Source: Octopus sinensis (Eukaryota). From it: a stretch of DNA of 52,812 nucleotides. The stretch's first letter is position 1, and the number at the start of each line of letters is the position of its first letter. The position numbers and the translations under genes are program-made. The notes beneath the pieces are model-generated. The model ran no database searches and had not been told where the DNA came from. It was given only the letters and a program-made list of their open reading frames with translations. Below are positions 10,763 through 23,282 of the stretch, in pieces. The DNA is taken from positions 1 through 52,812 of the forward strand of contig NW_021833905.1 in NCBI RefSeq assembly GCF_006345805.1. The letters are read 5' to 3'.

Positions 10763-11819
10763 GTATATATATATATTTATATATATATATATACACATAC
10801 ATATATAAACTTACATATAACACATGCATGTATATATGTAACAGGGTATGTATGTTGGGTATACATGTATTTATATACGTTTGTGTCTATATATCGTTCC
10901 AATTCCTCCACATGTTCGACTGATTTGTACCCGGTTTCTGTTCGGCAAATTTTTGTCGCAGGTTACTCGTCCATGTGACTCTGTGACAAAGAAAAGACAG
11001 AATCTATGAAATTAGGGTGTGTACATTCCACCCGGGGTCTTGAGACTATGACTAATTTCACAAGAAACTTTTAGGAATATTGTTGATGCACGTTCAATGA
11101 TCGGGCGAAAACCACAAACCTTTATTATACTCATAGTATACAATTCGTCTCAGACACCCTGGTAGAAGCTAGTCACCCAAGGTACCGGGTACATAGGACC
11201 TACCGAAACTATTTACTCGGACTTTTTATCAGTATAGCAGCGTCTGCTCCCATATCAAGGGAAGTAACTCGAGTGAGTTTATGTGTATGTGTGTGTGTGT
11301 TGGTGCGTGTGTCTATATAAGCATGTGGGTGGTTGTATGCGTGTGTGTCTGTTTTTGTGCGTGTAGTGGGTGGTGTGCGTTTGTTCGTCTGTATGCTGTA
11401 TGTTTGTTGAGGATTACAGCGAAAGAAGAGAGAATATATCCTGCTGATTATTGTGCTACAACAAAATATCTGTGTGTGTGTGTGTGTATCTGCCTATGTG
11501 TCTGTGTGTCTGGCTGATGCATTTATCTATGCGTGTATGCATATATAAGCCTGTTTTTGGCGGGTGTGAGTATGTGTTTTTATATGCATCTGTGTATTTT
11601 TGCGAGAGAGTGTGTTTGTCCGTGTGTGCGTGGTTGCTGCTTGACTCTGTGCTGGAGATCAAAGTTTGTAGCTTGTGGTAAGCATTTACTCAGAAATTAT
11701 ATCGAAGCTGTTCATTTTCTTATATATAATGAATACGTCAGATAGTTTTGACTTTAAGAGTACCTTATACCGTGAAGTATGCACTTGTAGTAATGCCCTT
11801 AATATAATATAATCAAGAA

Positions 11820-12052
11820 TAAGGAGGTGAGCTGGCAGAAACTTTAGCACGCCGGGCGAAATGCTAAGCGGTATTTCGTCTGCCGCTACATTCTGAGTTC
11901 AAATTCCGCCGATGTCGACTTTGCCTTTCATCCTTTCGGGGTCGATTAAATAAGTACCAGTTACGCACTGAGGTAGATATAATCGACTTGATCCGTTGAT
12001 CTGTCCTTGTTTGTCCTCTCTGTGTTTAGTCCTTTGTGGGTAGTAAAGAAAT
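11820..12052 (+). mobile_element. SINE family B, full length with 17-bp TSD
   Basis: TSD TATAATATAATCAAGAA at 11803-11819 and 12053-12069; A and B boxes present. Confidence 0.95.
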
Positions 12053-12912
12053 TATAATATAATCAAGAACAATGCACGAAAGAAGGGCTTATTGACATTC
12101 CAATAAGGACCACCTAGTCTTATTTTCAGTGTGTATGCTCTAGAACGACACTATCAACTGTGTTCTTTCTCGTTTAATATGGCAGAGTATAAAATGAATT
12201 ACTGTTACAGACTTGAGCGGCCATTTCTATGCTCACCTCTGTAGTGGTAATACTCTTAAATCTGCTATTTAAACTGAGATCAGATTTTATATAGAAACAT
12301 AATTATCGGTATCCCTACAGCGCCCAAGGCTTGTTCCGTACATGACGCAAGGGATCAATTTGAATTTTATGTGTCCCTTTTTCCAGAAACACCTTCGGGT
12401 ATTGGTGACCAATCAACGGTGTAAAAGAGCATCAGAATTAAAGTTATTGCTGAGCATGACTTAGCGGACATGGTGGACTCGAAGCGATTTGAATCCTGGA
12501 AAAGATGAATCAGTGTCATGAGGATTTCTGCCGGGTATGAAAATACCGATATCGTGACTACTGATCAATGATGTATAAACGCCTGATTTTCAAATACTTA
12601 TTTCTTCATATTTGGAGTTGATATCATTTGCCGCCTTTGCTACCATTTCTTGAAGCGAATTTAATTTCATTAAGTTTAGAATTTTTCTTTTTTTATAGCT
12701 TCATCAATATTTCTTCCAATACAATCCACACAAACTTGTTTCAGCTATTTCTCTTCGCTCATTTTCATATATTTTATACATACGTAACTACATACAAACG
12801 TGTACATATATATATATATAGTTGGGTATATACATACAGATACACAAATACACAAACATACACAAACTCACACACACACACACTTACACACTCAAATAAG
12901 CCCACATATACA

Positions 12913-12962
<50 letters not shown>

Positions 12963-12977
12963 TTACCACTACTACTA

Positions 12978-13055
<78 letters not shown>

Positions 13056-13066
13056 TTAATAATAAG
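12913..13066. repeat. (ACT)n followed by (AAT)n trinucleotide microsatellite
   Basis: Direct inspection; source of the poly-Tyr/poly-Thr ORFs. Confidence 0.95.
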
Positions 13067-13464
13067 TAATAAGGATTATTTCGAAGTAGTATAGCATTAC
13101 CTTTAATTACTTTTTATAATATATACAGCTTCCAAAAGACCTAAACGTGTTTCTGCTACATGGATTGTAAGCGTTAAGCATTTACTTATAGTAATGTCCT
13201 TAATATAATATAATATAATATAATGTAATTATATAATATATAGATATATGTGTGTGTGTGCGCGTGTGTGTGTGTGTGTGTGTAACGTTTGTATACCATA
13301 TCAACTTGCTTGCGCTGTAAGAAACGACGTTACACTTACTTTTCACCCCAGGAAGACGACACTATCATCTAGGTATTCGATGCAATTTGCACCCTGTATC
13401 TGTCATAGAGACTTCCTTGTGTGTGTGTGAAGAGAGAGAGTGAGTAAGAGAGAGACTTATAGAC

Positions 13465-13495
<31 letters not shown>

Positions 13496-14274
13496 GATAG
13501 ATAGATAGAGGCATAGATAGATATATAGATAGATAATCAATATATATATAAGAGAGAGAGATAGTCTGACAGCTGTAATAACAAGCAGGCTTACTGACTG
13601 ATGGCCACAGCAGTATCTACGTTGGATAGATGTGTACGTGTGTTCGCCTCCGCCTTTAGACTTGCAAAACTTTGACCGTTGCCAATGAAGATCTCTTCTG
13701 TTTGTATGTGTGATGGGTCTAATCATTGTTTGTGAACGCACACCAATGTTTTCCACATTGAATATACACATGCATATACACATACGCACATACGCACACA
13801 CACACACGCACAGGTGCGCGCACACACACGCGTTCACAAACACACAAACACAGACACGAAATACGTCCACGTGTTTGCTTGTTTATGTCTGTGCGCGCGC
13901 GTGTGTGGTTATTATGTTAATGTTTTTGTGTTGTAACTGATCTTGCCTAGCTTTAGTATCGATCTTTAATTGGTGATTTTCTACATTTAATTAATGAATT
14001 CGTATATGCGGACCAAAATAATAATAATTGGCGTAATTAGCATGTTAGCATTGTCAGACAGAGAAGCTGGGTTCGATTTTTGATACGCTACTCTTGTACC
14101 AAAATGTATTGCGTTAGATGGTTGATTAAACTTCGATTTCTTGGTGTTGGTAGGTGTTGTTGTTGTTGTTGTTGTTGTTACTGCTGTTCTTGTTATGAGT
14201 AGTTGTACTTTTGTTTTTTGTTGCTGCTATTGTTTTTCTTATTATTGCTGCTGCTTGGATACAAGCACAAATGC

Positions 14275-14279
14275 GGAGA

Positions 14280-14312
<33 letters not shown>

Positions 14313-14398
14313 AGAGAGTGAGAGAAATATAAATAGGTTGATATACTATTAAATAGTGAGATAAGTTGATAGACAGCCAGACAGACAGAATGACAGAC

Positions 14399-14447
<49 letters not shown>

Positions 14448-14481
14448 CATACATACATACATACATACATACATACATACA

Positions 14482-14512
<31 letters not shown>

Positions 14513-14535
14513 GTAGATAGATAGTCAGTTAGATG

Positions 14536-14590
<55 letters not shown>
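14275..14590. repeat. Compound (AG)n-(ACAG)n-(ATAG)n-(ATAC)n-(ATAG)n microsatellite
   Basis: Direct inspection. Confidence 0.95.
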
Positions 14591-15195
14591 TTCTTTATTG
14601 GCCACGCGGGGCTGAGCACAGAGGGACAAAATACAAAGTAGAGCTTTTTTGGGGAGAAGAAGGATAAAAAAAGTGGGGCCGATCAATAGGGATCGTGTAT
14701 CACAGAAATGTCAATGAAAAAAGGGAAAACACATTAGGTTTGTATGTGGATAGAAAAGCCTACGGAAAAGACCTCGGGAACCTTGGACAATAGTGTCAGG
14801 TAAACAAATTACAGTAAGTGGCTCTCTTTTTCCTTTCGTTTTTTCTTTTCATTTTGGTTCATAGGATTATGCTCAAGGTGGCTCCGTCATTCACACGTGC
14901 CATCCTTGCTACATTCACCCATCTTTTTTTGAAGCATTCACTAGACAAAACTTCCCTCTCTACTCTCACCTTCCTTTTCAAGCAATATTTGAAGGAGTTG
15001 ATGAGGGATTGACCAGAGAGGAAAGTGTTTGTCTCTAGACCTTTCAGACGCGACTGCTGTGTTGCTGAGGCAACTCAGTCAGTAGTTTAGACGCCGCAGG
15101 GACGACAACTTTCAAGAAATAGCTGCATGAGATATAACTTATCACAGGCATTTCCATTCGGAAAGTCCCGCGGTCAGTACGTTGGCCACGACTGT
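14590..15195 (-). mobile_element. L1/Tx1-like LINE 3' fragment
   Basis: Minus strand reads SRLKGLETNTFLSGQSLINSFKYCLKRKVRVEREVLSSECFKKRWVNVARMAR…* (stop 14859-14861), then a 3' UTR ending in AATAAAGAAA that abuts the (TCTA)n array. Confidence 0.7.
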
Positions 15196-15427
15196 CTTAG
15201 TCAAACAAATCGACTGCGGCACAGTTTTTAAGAACTGGTAGTCATTCTATCCCTGGCTCTTGTCGAATCGCTAATTTACAGGAACGCAAAGAATCGAGCA
15301 CTGCTTTGACAAATGGTAAGAAGTAATGATCAGAAACACAAAGACACACACATAAATGCATACATGCATCTCTCCCTCCTTTCACCTCTCTCTCCACTCT
15401 TCCTCTCCTTCTCCCGACCTTTATATG

Positions 15428-15498
<71 letters not shown>

Positions 15499-15753
15499 AT
15501 ATATATATACACATTATGAAAAACCTGGAATAAGAAAATTGTGCGAATTTGCTTTTTGTCCATATTGTATTCAACCTTCCGGGAAAAAATGGCCTAATTA
15601 TTCAAAAAAAAAAAAGAGTAACATGATTAGATAGAGCAAAACACTGGCTTTAAAATGATATATAAAGTCAAAGTAATTTAGCGAAAATTAATTTGAAAAT
15701 ACGTAATTTAAAACCAAAATTTAAAATTCCGCAAGAACTTTCTTGACAACCTA

Positions 15754-15796
<43 letters not shown>

Positions 15797-15804
15797 TACG
15801 TATA

Positions 15805-15880
15805 TATTCTTTTATTCTTTTACTTGTTTCAGGGATTTTACTGCAGCCATGCTGGAGCTTTGCTTTTAATCGAACAATTC
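15805..15880 (-). mobile_element. SINE family A, 3' tail only
   Basis: CTTTTACTTGTTTCAG…GCAGCCATGCTGGAGC matches the family A tail. Confidence 0.7.
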
Positions 15881-15944
15881 GACCACGGAACTGGTTAGGA
15901 CGATGCTACTGCTAGTTAGCCGCAGGAAACATCGTCTCCAACTG

Positions 15945-16290
15945 GCTTCCCAACCGCATGGTTTCCGACTATATCCTAGAACGGAAGAGAGATTAGTGAA
16001 TGGATTTGTTAAACGGAAACTGAGAGAAGCCCGTCGTATATGCATATATGTATGGTTATTTGAATATCTAAGTAAGTATGTCTCTGGGATAATGTGCTTG
16101 CAACTCACCACTTTTTGATAAATGTGGTTAAGGCATTTATCTCCCCTAGACTTAGGGGTTCGGGAAAAAAATCGATAGTATAAGAGCTAGGGTGGAAAAA
16201 TATGACTTGTATCGATTTGTTCAAGCCAATTATTTCATGGCGGTGCCCCAGCTTGGGCGTAGTCTAATGACTAAAAAAAATAACAGATAA
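15945..16290 (+). mobile_element. SINE family A, diverged
   Basis: GTGAATGGATTTGTTAAACGGAAACTGAGAGAAGCCCGTCG and tail GGCGGTGCCCCAGC. Confidence 0.7.
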
Positions 16291-16337
16291 ATGGTTTGTC
16301 AGTTTAGTATTAACAACTCACTCAAACGCTTATATGT

Positions 16338-16718
16338 GGAGGTGCAATGGCCCAGTGGTTAGGGCAGCGGACTCGCGGCTCTAGGATCGCGGTTTCGATT
16401 CCCAGACCGGGCGTTGTGAGTGTTTATTGAGTGAAAACATCTAAAGCTCCATGATTCTGCGGCAGGGGGTAGTGGCAAAACCTGCTGTACTCTTTCACCA
16501 CAACTTCCTCTCATTCTTTCTTTCTGTTTCTGCTGTACCTGTGCTTCAAGGGGCCAGACTGGTGACGCTCTGTGTCACATTGAATGTTCCCGGGAAATAC
16601 GCTAAGGGTACACGTGTCTGTGGAGTGCTCAACCACTTGCACTTTAAGTTAACGAGCAGGCTGATCCGTTGATCGGATCAACTGGAACCCGTCGTCGTCG
16701 CAACCGACGGAGTGCCAG
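16338..16718 (+). mobile_element. SINE family C (tRNA-Arg-like head), full length with TSD
   Basis: A-box TGGCCCAGTGG, B-box GGTTTCGATTCC; 14-bp TSD CAAAC(G/A)CTTATATG at 16323-16336 and 16719-16732; second copy at 22013-22393. Confidence 0.92.
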
Positions 16719-16972
16719 CAAACACTTATATGATGGTTTGAAGAACAGAACAAATGAGTCTGTATGCGATAACAGGGAACAGAAAAATTAGTTTTCCATT
16801 ATGTTCTAACGTTATGTTATTGAGAAAGCTTAAATATTTATGATGAACGCTGATTCATTCGTCAGTTTTCAGAACAATCTTACGTATTCAAAATACATGC
16901 AATTTGTTCGCACACACACACACACACACACGCACGCACCCCCACACTCACATACCCACACACACACACACG

Positions 16973-17341
16973 CTTTTATTTGTTTCAGTAATTTTACTGC
17001 GGCCATGCTGGAGCACCGCCTTTAGTTAAGCAAATCGACCCCAGAGTTTATTCTTTGTAAGCCTACTACTTATTCTATCGGATCTGTTTTGCCGAGCCGC
17101 TAAGTTACGGGGATATAAACACACCAGCATCGGTTGTTGAGGGGACAAACACAGACACAGAAACATATACACACACATACATATAAATACACATATACGA
17201 TGGGCTTCTTCCAGTTTCCGACTACCAAATCCACTCACAAGGCTTTGGTAGAAGACAGTTGCCCAGAGTGCCACGCAGTGGGACCCAACCCGGAAGCATC
17301 TGACTGGTAAGCAAGCTACTTACCACAAATCCACTTCTGCA

Positions 17342-17343
<2 letters not shown>
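16973..17343 (-). mobile_element. SINE family A, near full length
   Basis: Head, core, internal repeat and tail all present. Confidence 0.92.
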
Positions 17344-17376
<33 letters not shown>

Positions 17377-17774
17377 ACACACACACACGTGCACATATAT
17401 TCACAAGCTCACGTACACACATACATAGGGGCAAACATACACATACATAAATACATACATAGATACATTATACACATACATATATCCATATACGCACATT
17501 GACACACAAACACACACACACAAACACGCATACATCGCATACATTAACACACACGTATTCTCACTAACACAATATACGCGTAGAGCACATCAAGATTAAT
17601 TTTCGAATGGATTCATTAGAGTGCTCAACTAATGATCGAATATATTAAGAATAGATTCAGGGCAATGACATCCACTCGATATAAATGAAAGAAGAACGTG
17701 GAACGTGTCAACTTCTGAAATAACCATACGTAGGAAATTAATATGATTTATACTCTTAGAAATAGCTTTCGATC

Positions 17775-17780
17775 TGTCTA

Positions 17781-17813
<33 letters not shown>

Positions 17814-17833
17814 GTCTCTCTGCCTCTCTCTCA

Positions 17834-17872
<39 letters not shown>

Positions 17873-18047
17873 CCCTTCTATTGATCTATTTATCTATCTT
17901 TCTATCAATTTATCTTCTCTCTATCTCTCTTTCTTTTTCTCTCTCTCTCTATCTCTCTCTTTATATATATATATAATTATATATATCTGTTTTCTGTTTG
18001 TCTGTCTGTCTATCTGGCTGTCTGTCTGTCTGTCTCTCTCTCTCTCG

Positions 18048-18103
<56 letters not shown>

Positions 18104-18113
18104 CTATCTATAT

Positions 18114-18157
<44 letters not shown>

Positions 18158-18200
18158 ATTTATCTCTCTCTCTCTCTCTCAGTCTCTCCAACAGTCTTTC
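17775..18200. repeat. Compound (TGTC)n/(TATC)n/(TC)n microsatellite
   Basis: Direct inspection. Confidence 0.95.
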
Positions 18201-18834
18201 TGTATGCCATTTTATGTGTGTGTGAGAGAGAGTGTGTGTGTGTATGCCCGCGCGTTTGAATGTAAATTTGTGTGTGTTTCTGTTTCTGTTTGTGTTTCTG
18301 TTTGTGCCTGTGTGTGCACGCGCGTTTCTACGCCTTCTGTCAATCCTCCTTCTCTGCAGCCTCTCACCAGGCATTCACATAGCAATAACTCCGAATTCTG
18401 TGTCTGTGTGTTCCACTCCATCAATTCACCGTGCCGATTATATCTTAACAATGGAGCATACACACACACTCCGGTCGTGTCTGCTGTATTTCCGATACGA
18501 AATCTAACTTCACACCATGTCTGTGTGTCCGCGGCTGTGTTACCGATTGTTTCGCTAACAGTTTTCGGCGGCCAGTGATTACTGGCTAATCAGTCTCTAT
18601 TAAAGTCCGCCTAATTAATTTATCTATTCTCACCTAATTTCTCACCAATAACTCATTAAGGTCTTACTTGCTGAAGAGAAAATAATCATTTGCTATATTG
18701 ACACAGCTAAATCACCCCTCGTCTACGTTAATTAATCCCATATATGTGTGTGTAGATTTGTTTGTGTGTGTGTGTGTATGTGTCTGTAGATTGAATGAAA
18801 GGTAGATACTTACGTGTGTATGTGTGTGTGTGTC

Positions 18835-19128
18835 AAAGCGCATGGTCTTGTGGTTAAAAGTGTTGCAACCACGACTGCAAGATCGTGGGTTCAATTCTCA
18901 GACTGGTTGCACGTTATGGTCTTGGGCAAGCCACTTTATTTCACTGTGTTACAGTCCGCTCAGCTGTAAAATGGGTAACACCGGAACGGTCTACTTACTA
19001 TTCCAATCCGGCGCAATGTTGGTCTGCTCGCCTAACTCGCGGAGGAACATCGTTTCAATACTAAAATTGCATTGTGACTAGCGATGTATAGCAACATCCA
19101 GTAGTCTGGTCGATATCGTGATACCGAT
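18835..19128 (+). mobile_element. CORE-like tRNA SINE (family D)
   Basis: tRNA head (TGGTCTTGTGG; GGGTTCAATTC), then CTTGGGCAAGCCACTT…CTCAGCTGTAAAATGGG resembling the MIR/CORE domain. Confidence 0.7.
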
Positions 19129-19179
19129 ATATATATATATATATATATAAACATATATATATATATGTATGTGTGGGTG

Positions 19180-19480
19180 TGAAAGCGCATGGCTCAGTGT
19201 TTAGAGCGTCGAGCTTACGATCCTGAGGTTGTGAGTTCGAATCCAGACCCGGCTGCGTGTTGTGTTCTTGAGCAAGACACTTTATTGCACGTTACTCCAG
19301 TTCACTCAGCTGTATCGGCCCCTTTGCCTTTCCCTTGGATAGCACTGGTAGCGTGGAGAAGCGGGGTCAGTATGCATGGGCGACTGCTGGTCTTCTATAA
19401 ACAACCTTGCCGGACTTGTGCCTGAGAGGGTAATTTTCTAGGTGCAATCTCATGGTCAGTCATGAACGAAGGGGGTCTCA
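19180..19480 (+). mobile_element. tRNA SINE (family E) with CORE-like segment
   Basis: TGGCTCAGTG A-box, GAGTTCGAATCC B-box, TTGAGCAAGACACTTT…CTCAGCTGTA; related copy at 46060-46278. Confidence 0.8.
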
Positions 19481-19496
19481 GTATATATATATATAT

Positions 19497-19785
19497 ATAC
19501 TAAGCAATAAGGTTTTAGCAACGAATTGCCTTACCACATACCGAATTTAGAAATAGCAGTCAAAGGGTTATAGCTATTTCTTCTACTAAAAAGGGAGATC
19601 TCAGTAAAAACAGCAATTGGAAGGCTGACACAACAGGTGTCTCTACTGTTTGTGTCAGCCTTCCAATTGCTGTTTTTACTGAGATCTCCCTTTTTAGTAG
19701 AAGAAATAGCTATAACCCTTGACTGCTATTTCTAAATTCGGTATGTGGTAAGGCAATTCGTTGCTAAACCCTTATTGCTTAGTAT
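19497..19785. mobile_element. Near-perfect 289-bp palindrome (young MITE-like foldback)
   Basis: Arms 19497-19636 and 19646-19785 differ by one substitution and two 1-nt indels; 9-nt loop GTGTCTCTA; TA at both ends is compatible with a TA TSD. Confidence 0.9.
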
Positions 19786-19879
19786 TACTTAAATTTTCCT
19801 CGAATGAGGCTTTTACATGCCGAAGACTACTTGGTGTAATTGATAATTATTCCAAATTAATTAATTTCACCCTTCATAT

Positions 19880-19916
<37 letters not shown>

Positions 19917-20526
19917 CTATATATATATAAAGGAAAGTATGAAAGTTACGGATAAAACTGCTGTAGTACACATGCTGCGTACACTCCTACAACAACGTTT
20001 TCTTTACGCACTATAAAAGGCAGAAGTAAATCTGCTTTCAACTCAGTCGCGCGCCTGTGGTTCGCTCATTTTTTGCGTGTTTTACAGCATTACTTTTATA
20101 TATGTGTGTGTGTGTGCGTGCGTGTGTGTGTATGTATGTATGTATGTATATATGCATGCATGTATGTATATGTATATATTTGTGTATATGCCAAAGATTA
20201 CTTCGGAATAGCATTTACCACTGCTGCTTTGTGTGTAGTGAAGCAGAATATCAAGCTGAAACTTTCCTAGATTATCATTAGCTTTTGCTGTCCCTTGAAT
20301 GGTCCAGTTTAGTTTGGTGAAAGAAGTCGAGATTTGACTAAATAAAAAATATCACAGTCAGGTCCAAAATTCCGCGCTCCTAGGCATTTCGTCCAGCGTC
20401 CAATCGTTCTGCAAATCACCACCCTGGAATTTCAATTGTTTGTGAAAATCTGAAAGGAAAAGCTTACGTTGGCGAGCTTTCAGTATAGCGTACAGTAACA
20501 AATAATTTAAGGTTATACTCTCTCTC

Positions 20527-20925
20527 TCTTTTACTTGTTTCAGTCATTTGACTGTGGCCATGCTGGAGCACCGCCTTTAATCGAGCAACTCGACCCCGGG
20601 ACTTATGCTTTTGTAAGCCCAGTACTTATTCTATCGGACTGTTTTGCCGAACCGCTAAGTAACGGGGACATAAACACACCAGCATCGGTTGTCAAGCAAT
20701 GCTAGGGAGACAAACACAGACACACAAACATATACACATACATATATATATATACATATATACGACGGGCTTCTTTCAGTTTCCGTCTACCAAATCCACT
20801 CACAAGGCTTTGGTCGGCCCGAGGCTATAGTAGAAGACATTTGCCCAAGGTGCCACGCAGTGGGACTGAACCCAGAACCTTGCGGTTGGTAAGCAAGCTA
20901 CTTACCACACAGCCACTCCTGCGCC
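20527..20925 (-). mobile_element. SINE family A, full length, young
   Basis: Complete from GGCGCAGGAGTGGCTGTGTGG to the GAAACAAGTAAAAGAGAG tail. Confidence 0.95.
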
Positions 20926-22012
20926 TTATCTGTCGGACTTTCTAACAACTTTGCCCATTCTAGGATATTACATATGCTTTCCTGGTTATCGAACTGCCGA
21001 CCTACCTACCTAGTTACACACACACACATACATTTATACCGGCCTTGTGCCGGTATAAATATTTCAGCTACTATTTTATAGATATTTTCCTGCTTTGGCT
21101 ATCCGTGTCCAGGCAGGTCTTATAACAGGCATTGCCTCTCCAAGGAATCTACAAGCTCCGAGCACATGGTCCATTTAATTTGCAAATCAGGTCGCTGATA
21201 GCAGAGAACTTACGAGAAAGCAAATACAATATGTGGAAACGTAAATTATGTGTATAAATATATGTGTGTGTATTTGTGTGTGCGTGAGTGTACTTTTACA
21301 GGCAGACACACGCATGCATCTGCACACATTTATGTAAAGTGCTATAAATAAATCTCCATAGCTTGCTGTTTACTCGCTGTGAAGAAGGAACATCTTTCCG
21401 ATCCTTTTCCGTTTCTATTTGCAGATCAAACGTAACATCTGCCAGTCTCATTCAATATCGAAGACACACAACAATATAATAAAACAAAGAAGGCGAATTA
21501 TTTAAAATATAGGACGCATCTTCCTACCACTTCCACGCACCTTCACAAGCGCTCAAACAGTAGAAACAATGCTACATTGTGGGAGTCGCTAGTGATATCA
21601 CTCCAGATTGATATCTATTTGGTGACTTCCATTAAGTTCGTGGTTTGATTTAAGCTTGATAACAATACGATGTACAAAAGATAACAGCTATTTTTTGTGA
21701 TAAACGTTTGGTCATAATGAGTGTAATATATGTTTGAGGTTGTTAAAAAGGTAAAGGGTAAAATAGTGAGATTGCTAGAGAATATGAATTCATCAACTAA
21801 GCTCTTTTAGAGGCTTACTTCCGTAGGATCTCACCAAAGTATTTTCTTCACCAAGCGAGCTTAGTGAATGTTGTCGGGTCTTTAATCGCCAACAGTCAGA
21901 CCTTCACAGGTGATCATCACGACATGAAACTGACATAAAGATATAGATATACGGTACACAATTACCCACCCAAATACATATACAAATGCACACATATATA
22001 TATATATACACA

Positions 22013-22393
22013 TGTTGGCACTCCGTCGCTTACGACGACGAGGGTCCCAGTTGATCCGGTCAACGGAACAGCCTGCTCGTGAAATTAGCGTGCAAGTGGC
22101 TGAGCACTCCACAGACACGTGTACCTTTAATGAAGTTCTCGGGGGGATATTCGGCCTGACATAGAGCGTGACAAGGCTGGCCCTTTGAATTACAGGCACA
22201 ACAGAAAAAGAAGAAAGATTGAGAGTAAGTTGTGGTAAGAGTACAGCAGGGATCGCCACCATCCCCTGCCGGAGCGTCGATGAGGTTTAGGTGTTTTCGT
22301 TCAATACGCACTCACAACGCCCGGTGTGGGAGTCGAAACCGCGATCCTATGACCACGAGTCCGCTGCCTTAACAACTGGGCCATTGCGCCTCC
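22013..22393 (-). mobile_element. SINE family C, full length
   Basis: Homologous to 16338-16718; probable TSD ATATACACA at 22004-22012 and 22395-22403. Confidence 0.92.
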
Positions 22394-22679
22394 AATATAC
22401 ACAGACATACAGATATATAGATGTAAATACAGCATGATGTGCACACATATACCCACAGAACGTCTGAGGAAAAGAACTCTGTAGGCATAGACGGAAACAG
22501 TCAAGATGTGTCAATAAGCTCAATATTTGCATACGTGAACCATACTCCGTAGTATTAGAACCTGAGCATAAGGACCAAAAAGAGATGCAATCAAGAACAA
22601 ACATGAAGAAGGTTAATTTGATCCTTTCTTTCTTGTGAAGACGTGAAGTTCCATTCCAACGCCTAAGAATTGTTAACGT

Positions 22680-23065
22680 GGCCGTGCGGCGAGACGCTTG
22701 CTTCCCAACTACGTGGCTCCGGGTTCAAGGTAACACTGCGTGGGACCTTTAGAAGATGACTTTTACTATAGCCTAAGGCCGACCAAAGCCCTGAGAGTGG
22801 ATTAGGTAGACGGAAACTGAAATAACCCCGTCGTATATATATATATATTATATATATATATAATATATATATGTGTGTGTGTGTGTTTGTGTGTTTGTTC
22901 CTCCATCATCGCTTGACAACCGATGCTTGTGTGTTTCCGTCCGCACAAATGAGTGGTTCGGCAAAAGGGACCGATAGAATAAGTCCTGATCTCGACTTGT
23001 TCGACCAAAGGCGGTACTCCAGTATGGCCGAAGTCAAATGACTGAAAGAAGTAAAAGATTAAGAG
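22680..23065 (+). mobile_element. SINE family A
   Basis: Head, core and tail present; deletion between the AGAATAAGT repeats. Confidence 0.88.
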
Positions 23066-23228
23066 ATTAATGCGCCGACCTATTGGGAAAGGGCAGAGAA
23101 CTCAAAAAGGGTATGCAAAAAGCAACCGTCAATAGAAGGGCGAATAACTAACGGGACAACAGTTTTATTTCTTTCAATAAGACAACCTTAAGATGAAAGT
23201 CAGAAATAGAAAAGCCTCTGCTGAAATA

Positions 23229-23282
<54 letters not shown>

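Noticed and set aside
16338-16415. tRNA-like sequences at SINE heads (also 19180 and 14030-14090)
   Set aside because: They continue into SINE bodies and lack a proper acceptor stem, so they are not tRNA genes.
16840-16872. Minus-strand CUGACGA followed by a 5-bp hairpin
   Set aside because: No GAAA after the hairpin and no stem III.
20689-20892. ORFs such as DGLLSVSVYQIHSQGFGRPEAIVED (also at 7559, 25360, 40947)
   Set aside because: Antisense or sense read-through of SINE family A; recurrence reflects repeat copies, not a gene family.
21813-21935. Minus-strand exon-like unit with good acceptor and GTAAGC donor
   Set aside because: Stops in all frames; indistinguishable from chance without RNA data.
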